Below, one piece after another: positions 59,196-64,000 of a DNA stretch of 64,000 bases (its first letter is position 1; each line of letters begins with the position of its first letter). The notes under the pieces are model-generated. The model did not search any database, was not told the origin of the DNA, and worked only from the letters and a program-made list of their open reading frames with translations. Position numbers and translations under genes: made by a program. Origin of the DNA: Vicinamibacterales bacterium. Lineage in GTDB: Bacteria > Acidobacteriota > Vicinamibacteria > Vicinamibacterales > UBA2999. The stretch lies in assembly GCA_050250645.1 (NCBI GenBank), contig JBFWOG010000005.1:22942-86941 (forward strand), read 5' to 3'.

Positions 59196-59789
59196 CTAGG
59201 GCCTGCTGGCCATCTGTCGTGCCCGGTATGAGTCAACGCGGCGTTCAACCCGGTCAAGAATCGCCGTGCGGCCCGATTGCTCCAGGCCGACCATGGCCCC
59301 AACCGACGGGCTTGAAGGGGTGAATAGGTCGGGTTGCTTCGTCTTGTACCAGACAAGGCGATGTTCCGCGCACATTAGCTCAACGTGCTCTTCCCTCAAG
59401 ATAGCGGCAGCTTCATCAGCGAAATCAGCGTCGTGCCCTCTATAGACAGAAACATGCGGTTCGAATCCGTATCGTTCGATGGGGAAGGACTTCTTCCACC
59501 AAACTTCCCGAAGGTGAGGGCTGTCCACGCGGAAGAACACGACTTCTTCGCCCGGATTGGAGAAGCGTCCAACGCCAGCGATCCTGAGGACGTCGTACTT
59601 GAGCTTGGCTCGTGCGTCTTCCAGGACCTTGCGAGGGCTGTCGCCTTCGTACGGTCCTCTAAGCGTGACGTGGATTGGTCCTTTGCCGTAATGGCCCGTA
59701 AGAATGTGTCGGACTCTCCACAAGAACGCATTGACCACAGGGTCGGTGAGCTCGAGTAGCAGGAAGTGCACAGCCATGGTGGCGCCCAT
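59196..59789 (-). CDS. 2H phosphoesterase superfamily protein (LigT / cyclic phosphodiesterase-like)
   Basis: Two H-x-T/S-x motifs: GPIHVTLRG and FEPHVSVYRG, about 75 aa apart. Visibly lower GC than the surrounding sequence. The ATG abuts the stop of the upstream reading frame (TAGATG). Confidence 0.6.
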   Translation of the reverse strand: MGATMAVHFLLLELTDPVVNAFLWRVRHILTGHYGKGPIHVTLRGPYEGDSPRKVLEDARAKLKYDVLRIAGVGRFSNPGEEVVFFRVDSPHLREVWWKKSFPIERYGFEPHVSVYRGHDADFADEAAAILREEHVELMCAEHRLVWYKTKQPDLFTPSSPSVGAMVGLEQSGRTAILDRVERRVDSYRARQMASRP

Positions 59790-60172
59790 CTAAAGAACCA
59801 GGTAGCGACGCAGCTCCGGTGCGATCCTTTCGTGGGTCAGCGCCGAGTAGAGAAAGGCTGACAGTGTCTCTGCGTGCTTTCGAACTATGTCCTTGCGCGT
59901 GCCCCCCTCCAGATATTCCTCGACGTTCTCTTCCTCTTTCCATCGCAGGAATTCTTCGTACAAGTCGAGAATTTGTGGCCACTGCCTGAGTATCGAGGCG
60001 TCTGCCAACAGATCCAGGGCGGACGCCAGTCGCTCAAGTGGCGGGCGACTGCAGAGTGCGACCATTGCGTCGGGTGTGTCGATTGGCTCAAGTATGACAG
60101 GTAGGACCGTGCTGAAGACCGTGACCATACGGCTAAACTTGAGATTAACGTTCTTCTTACGCCAAGGCTTAG
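59790..60172 (-). pseudogene. 3-prime fragment of an IS-disrupted nucleotidyltransferase gene
   Basis: Track ORF 59790..60128 (MVTVFSTVLPV...). The frame stays open upstream to the IS boundary and joins in frame with fragment 61497..62206 once the IS and one TSD copy are removed. Confidence 0.7.
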
Positions 60173-61496
60173 TACTACTTTGTCACCTTCGCAGCGGGGC
60201 GTTGCGGCGGAAGCTGTCGAGCATGCCGAGTAGTCGCTGGTTGTGAATGACGTAGAGCAGGCCGAAGATCTCGCGGACCCAGCCGCGCACCACGGGCAAC
60301 GTGGGGCGTGGCGTGTCGTCCCCGCGTCGGCCACGCTCGATCTGGAGGAAGGTGAAGGCCACGGCGGTGAGCACGACGTGGTGAGTCCAGCCGCGGTACG
60401 AGCGTCCCTCGAAGTGGTCGAGGCCGAGGTCATCCTTGAGTTCGCGATACTGCTGCTCGATCGGCCAGCGACTGCGCGCGAGCGTCACGAGGTCGTGCAG
60501 CGTCGCCGTCGGCGGCACATGCAGCAGGTAGTACTTGTGCACATCGGCCGGCGAGCGCTCGCAGAGCAACCAGCGATCGCCGCGCCCCTCGACCGGTCGG
60601 ACGCGGAGCGCACAGAACCGAGCCCCGATCGGCTGCGCCGGATCGGCGCCCCACGTCACGGTCTCCCACGCGCCCGCCGGCGCCGAGGCCGCCAGATCGG
60701 CGGCACTGACCGGCCCGCCCTCCACGTCGACCACCGTGAAGACGAGATCGCCACGAATCGCCACGCCATACGCAAGCCCGAGGCGCTCCAGGCCCTCACG
60801 AAACGCCGCGTTGCGCCCGTAGTCCGCATCGACCACGACGCCGGTGATCGTGAAGCCGGCCTTCAGAATGGTGCGCACCTGGGCCAGGGCGATCTTCCAC
60901 TTCTCGCGAAAGACCACGGTGTCCGGCAGGCCCACCCGCGCGCGCCGATCGGCATCGTCGGTCCACAACGCGGGCAGATACAGGTCGAACGCGAGGGGCC
61001 ACGTGCGACCGTCGGCGATCAGCGCACTCGACACCGCCACCTGGCAGTTGCCGACCTTGCCCAGCGCGCCACAATACTGGCGCTGCACGCCCACCGAATC
61101 CGTCCCCTGCTTGGGGAAGCCCGTGTCGTCGATGGCGAGAATGCCGGCGCGCACCGGGACGGCGGCCCGCAGCTGCGTCCACACGCGCTCGGCCTCCCAG
61201 GGCGAGTCCGTGATGAAGTGCTGCAGCGCTTGGTACTGACCGGGATCACTCAACCGGCCATGCATTGCCTGCATCGACTTCCGCTCGCTGTCGTTCAACA
61301 GGCCGTCGAGGTAGCGACTCGCTGCCTCGCGTTGCGGGCGGCGACTGAAGCACGCGCTGAAGCCGTCGAGGAACCGGCCAAGGCGCTGGAGCAGCGCCCG
61401 TGCAGGCGTCGTCTTCACCCGCGCAGCGTATCGAACCGCGCACGCGAGTACAAGAGGAAACCGTCAGCTCACGCCGACGAAACTGACAAAGTAGTA
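60173..61496 (-). mobile_element. IS701-family-like insertion sequence (1324 bp) with a 4-bp TSD
   Basis: Terminal inverted repeats are TACTACTTTGTCA at 60173..60185 and its reverse complement at 61484..61496, with partial matches further in. Flanking direct repeat TTAG at 60169..60172 and 61497..61500. Single DDE transposase ORF. GC is higher than the flanking island. Confidence 0.85.
60183..61418 (-). CDS. IS701-family DDE transposase
   Basis: 411 aa. RYLDGLL...ERKS, ILAIDDTGFPKQG..SVGVQRQYCGALGKVGNCQV, VVVDADYG, and RWPIEQQYRELKDDLGLDHFEGRSYRGWTHH. Confidence 0.85.
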   Translation of the reverse strand: MKTTPARALLQRLGRFLDGFSACFSRRPQREAASRYLDGLLNDSERKSMQAMHGRLSDPGQYQALQHFITDSPWEAERVWTQLRAAVPVRAGILAIDDTGFPKQGTDSVGVQRQYCGALGKVGNCQVAVSSALIADGRTWPLAFDLYLPALWTDDADRRARVGLPDTVVFREKWKIALAQVRTILKAGFTITGVVVDADYGRNAAFREGLERLGLAYGVAIRGDLVFTVVDVEGGPVSAADLAASAPAGAWETVTWGADPAQPIGARFCALRVRPVEGRGDRWLLCERSPADVHKYYLLHVPPTATLHDLVTLARSRWPIEQQYRELKDDLGLDHFEGRSYRGWTHHVVLTAVAFTFLQIERGRRGDDTPRPTLPVVRGWVREIFGLLYVIHNQRLLGMLDSFRRNAPLRR

Positions 61497-62206
61497 TTAG
61501 TGCGGTCGTGGCGGCGTTCTTCGTAGTTGAGGCAGAGGGTGCGCCAGTATCGAAGAAGATCATTCAGCAGGAACAAAGGTCGGAAGGACTTCTTGCTGCG
61601 ATTGTCTCGGTAGTAATTGTCGGCGACGAGGCGAAGCTGAACGGCAAATCGCTCGGGGTTGAGAAGGGGGGCGCTCTCAAGGACCATCAGCAGTCGAGTG
61701 GTGAACAGGTTGTCGCTGTCGTCGCGAGCCGAGCCTGTTGCTTCAATGAGATCTTTGATTGGGCAGATCTTCAGGAATTGACCGTCGTTGCTGAATTCCG
61801 GAAATCCGAGCGACGAGTTAAGCTGAATTAGCTCAGCGAAGAGCGTGTACTCGCGTAGGCGGCTTGTGTGTGAACGTGCCTCCTCTGATACGACGAATAT
61901 GTCTAGGTCTGAGTGTTCGCCGGCCTCTTGTCGAGCCAACGACCCCGCGCAAAAAATGGAGATCGGCATCGACGAAGCGAGCGTCGTCGTCGCAAGGGCC
62001 GCGGACACCCGCTCCACCTGTTTGGCGGACTCTGAACGGCGTCTCGCAAGGGACTCGTGCTTCGCCAACATCTCTAGGCAGCTGCTCACTAATACCTCGA
62101 AATCAGAGCTTGCCACAGGTCCAACGGCGGCGTCAGCCATTATCGGTTTGGTTGCCGCCGTTCGCTGTCTCTCTTGCGCAGAATGGGCGTTGGCGTACGC
62201 CGGCAT
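61497..62206 (-). pseudogene. 5-prime fragment of an IS-disrupted Pol-beta-superfamily nucleotidyltransferase gene
   Basis: FCAGSLARQEAGEHSDLDIFVV (GS...DxD NTase motif). The last 10 codons and the stop of track ORF 61469..62413 come from the IS end. Start is ATG 62140 (MADAAV) or 62206 (MPAYAN). Confidence 0.7.
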
Positions 62207-62304
62207 CCCGTCCGCCACACCCCGCCCGCCGCCCGGCACTCGGGCCTCCCGGTCCGCCCCGCGCCTCCATACGATGGTCCCATCCAGTGCATCCAGGAGG
62301 TGCC

Positions 62305-62820
62305 ATGTCCCGCGTTGCCGCCCTTGCCCTCGCCGCCACCCTTGCCACCCTGCTCTCCGCGCCCGGCGAGACCCAGGCGCCCCCGCCCAGCACCTACGAG
62401 GCGCAGGTGGCACGCGCGTGGATCAGCACGCACGACAAGATCCTCGCGATGGCGAAGGACACCGGGTTCCCCGACGACAAGCTGGGCTGGCGCCCGCACC
62501 CCGACTCGCGGTCCGTGCTCGAGGAGCTGCGGCACGTGACGATCGGCCTCGAGATGTCGACGGCGAACCTGCAGGGGAAGCCCTTCGACTACGAGGCGCG
62601 CGACAAGGCGGACGCCGCGAAGCCGCAGACCCGCGCGTCGGTCGTCGCCGAGATGGAGGCCGCGATTGCCGCGTCGTACCCGCTGGTGAAGAGCGCCCCG
62701 AAGCCGCTCCTCGTGTTCTGGATCGAGCACCAGGGTGAGCACTACGGCAAGCTCGTCTCCGACTACCGGGTCCTGGGCGTCGTGCCGCCGATCAGCCGCC
62801 CGTCGGCCCGGAAGCACTGA
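62305..62820 (+). CDS. DinB-family (four-helix bundle) protein with a signal peptide
   Basis: AGGAGG at 62295, then ATG 62305. MSRVAALALAATLATLLSAPG. His-containing helices (ISTHDKIL, LRHVTIG, IEHQGEHYGKL). Confidence 0.6.
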   Translation: MSRVAALALAATLATLLSAPGETQAPPPSTYEAQVARAWISTHDKILAMAKDTGFPDDKLGWRPHPDSRSVLEELRHVTIGLEMSTANLQGKPFDYEARDKADAAKPQTRASVVAEMEAAIAASYPLVKSAPKPLLVFWIEHQGEHYGKLVSDYRVLGVVPPISRPSARKH

Positions 62821-63072
62821 GTCCTCGCTCGGGGCAGGCCCGACGCCGAAGGCATGAGCCGTCGCTCAGCGTCCTTCGGCGCCGTTCAGGGCTGGCCCGG
62901 GGGAGGGAGGTCTGGTTCGCGGGGCGCGGCGGCGCCGGGCTGGGCGCGGCCCAGGTGGTGTCCGCGCCCCGCGAGCCGGCACGGCAGGTGAGCGGGGCGC
63001 CCCCGGGACGGCGCGTCCGCCGCCGGGACGGCGGCATCGGGGACGTCGTGAGCGGGGCGGCGCCTGCGGCCG

Positions 63073-63831
63073 TCAGGCGAGGCCGAGCCAGCCGAGCAGG
63101 CCCATGCCGGTCGCGGTGGGGTCGCCGAGCCAGGCCGGGGGCGTGAGCCAGACGAAGGCGAGGATGGCGATCACCCAGATGTCGTAGGGGACCGTCGTCC
63201 GCTCGTCGCGCCAGAAGAAGAAGCGCCAGAAGACGCCCGACGGCATCGGCGCGTCGTTGAGCGCCAGGTAGGTGTAGTGGATGCGGTTGGCGACCGTGAC
63301 CACCGACAGCGTGAGGATCACCCACAGCACGCCGGCCATCCGGTCGGTGAACGCCCCGATCATGAAGAGCACGATGCGCTCGGGGCGCTCCATGAATCCC
63401 ACCTTGCACTTCTCGACGAGCGACTCGGCGCGGGCGCGCGCGTAGCTGGTCATGATCGAGAAGATGAGCGTGAGCGTCGCGACGAGGACGTAGTCCTTGC
63501 GGCCGAGGTCGGCGTACAGCCAGACGAGGCCCGTGAAGAGCGCGAGGTCGGAGAAGCGATCGAGCGTCGAGTCCCAGAAGGCGCCGAACTCGGACTGCTT
63601 GCCCGTGATGTGCGCGACCTTGCCGTCGATGAAGTCGAAGATGTTCGCGGCGATCATGATCACGCCGGCGAGCAGGAAGCGGTCGGTCGCGAGCATCCAC
63701 GCGGCGAGGACGTTGATGAGGACGCCGATGAGGGTGAGGACGTTCGGGTGGATGCGGAGCGCCACGGCGGCCGCGATGATCGCCCGCAGCGGGAACATGC
63801 AGATGGCGCCGATCGCGCCCGTAAATGTCAT
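63073..63831 (-). CDS. CDP-alcohol phosphatidyltransferase family protein
   Basis: DFIDGKVAHITGKQSEFGAFWDSTLDRFSD signature. Start moved to ATG 63831 to avoid overlapping divergent uvrC. Confidence 0.85.
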   Translation of the reverse strand: MTFTGAIGAICMFPLRAIIAAAVALRIHPNVLTLIGVLINVLAAWMLATDRFLLAGVIMIAANIFDFIDGKVAHITGKQSEFGAFWDSTLDRFSDLALFTGLVWLYADLGRKDYVLVATLTLIFSIMTSYARARAESLVEKCKVGFMERPERIVLFMIGAFTDRMAGVLWVILTLSVVTVANRIHYTYLALNDAPMPSGVFWRFFFWRDERTTVPYDIWVIAILAFVWLTPPAWLGDPTATGMGLLGWLGLA

Positions 63832-63853
63832 AAACTCGGCCTTAGCGTAGCCG

Positions 63854-64000
63854 ATGGCCATCCACGAACTCAAGGAGCAGATCCAGCGGCTGCCGGAGCA
63901 GCCGGGCGTCTACCTGTACTTCAACCGGGCGGGCGACACCATCTACGTGGGCAAGGCCCGCGTGCTCCGGGACCGCGTGCGCAGCTACCTCGGCGCCCGG
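63854..64000 (+). CDS. uvrC: Excinuclease ABC subunit C; start codon and N-terminal GIY-YIG region, C-terminus beyond the right edge
   Basis: My own translation is [49 protein letters not shown], in frame to the window end. Confidence 0.85.
   Translation, partial: MAIHELKEQIQRLPEQPGVYLYFNRAGDTIYVGKARVLRDRVRSYLGAR

Noticed and set aside
62821-63072. GC-rich 250-bp intergenic region with a hairpin (cgccgaagg...ccttcggcg) and overlapping ORFs 62792..63700 and 62955..63146
   Set aside because: The ORFs are shadow-frame-like (Arg/Gly/Pro). The hairpin lacks a T-tract, and I could see no repeat or similarity to the 31.9-kb element. There is not enough evidence for any call.

Overview
This is a gene-dense bacterial chromosomal segment with high GC, roughly 70 percent by eye. 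Marker genes suggest Acidobacteriota: a TIGR03436-like VWA protein, a TonB receptor with a carboxypeptidase-regulatory N-domain, and a two-gene egtB/egtD set. No database search was possible. About 65 protein genes and one tRNA-Thr(CGU) can be supported. Many long ORFs in the supplied track are GC-driven shadow frames and were trimmed or discarded. Ordinary content includes nadE (partial), msrA, namA, arfB, a lactate permease, uvrA-HEAT-mpg, mscS, htrA, hsp20, an efp-like gene, cydAB-SQR-cydDC, tdk, ku and uvrC (partial). Five things stand out. (1) An operon at 7117-9807 encodes an OsmC-like protein, a 481-aa protein, and an endonuclease-IV-fold TIM barrel. The 481-aa protein carries the three catalytic motifs of archaeo-eukaryotic primases (AEP) fused to a PriL-CTD-like four-Cys module. 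(2) A lower-GC island next to ku (about 59.1-62.2 kb) holds a Pol-beta-type nucleotidyltransferase gene abutting a 2H phosphoesterase gene. The nucleotidyltransferase gene is split by an IS701-like element with a 4-bp target duplication, and it reconstructs cleanly in frame. (3) Short-period tandem repeats are pervasive. GATC-containing octamers begin at or within a few nt of stop codons in co-directional gene junctions. Nonamers sit inside CDSs (uvrA, cydD, a methyltransferase), and one nonamer unit recurs at three loci in both orientations. (4) An 11-kb cluster (20.7-31.9 kb) combines GTP cyclohydrolase II, PTPS-like, RibD-C-like and MDR dehydrogenase genes with GT4, two methyltransferases, a CDP-alcohol phosphatidyltransferase and a sulfatase-like membrane enzyme. 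(5) A 291-bp highly structured inverted-repeat element lies at 31937-32227. All family calls are motif-level recognitions from reading translations, and start codons are approximate.
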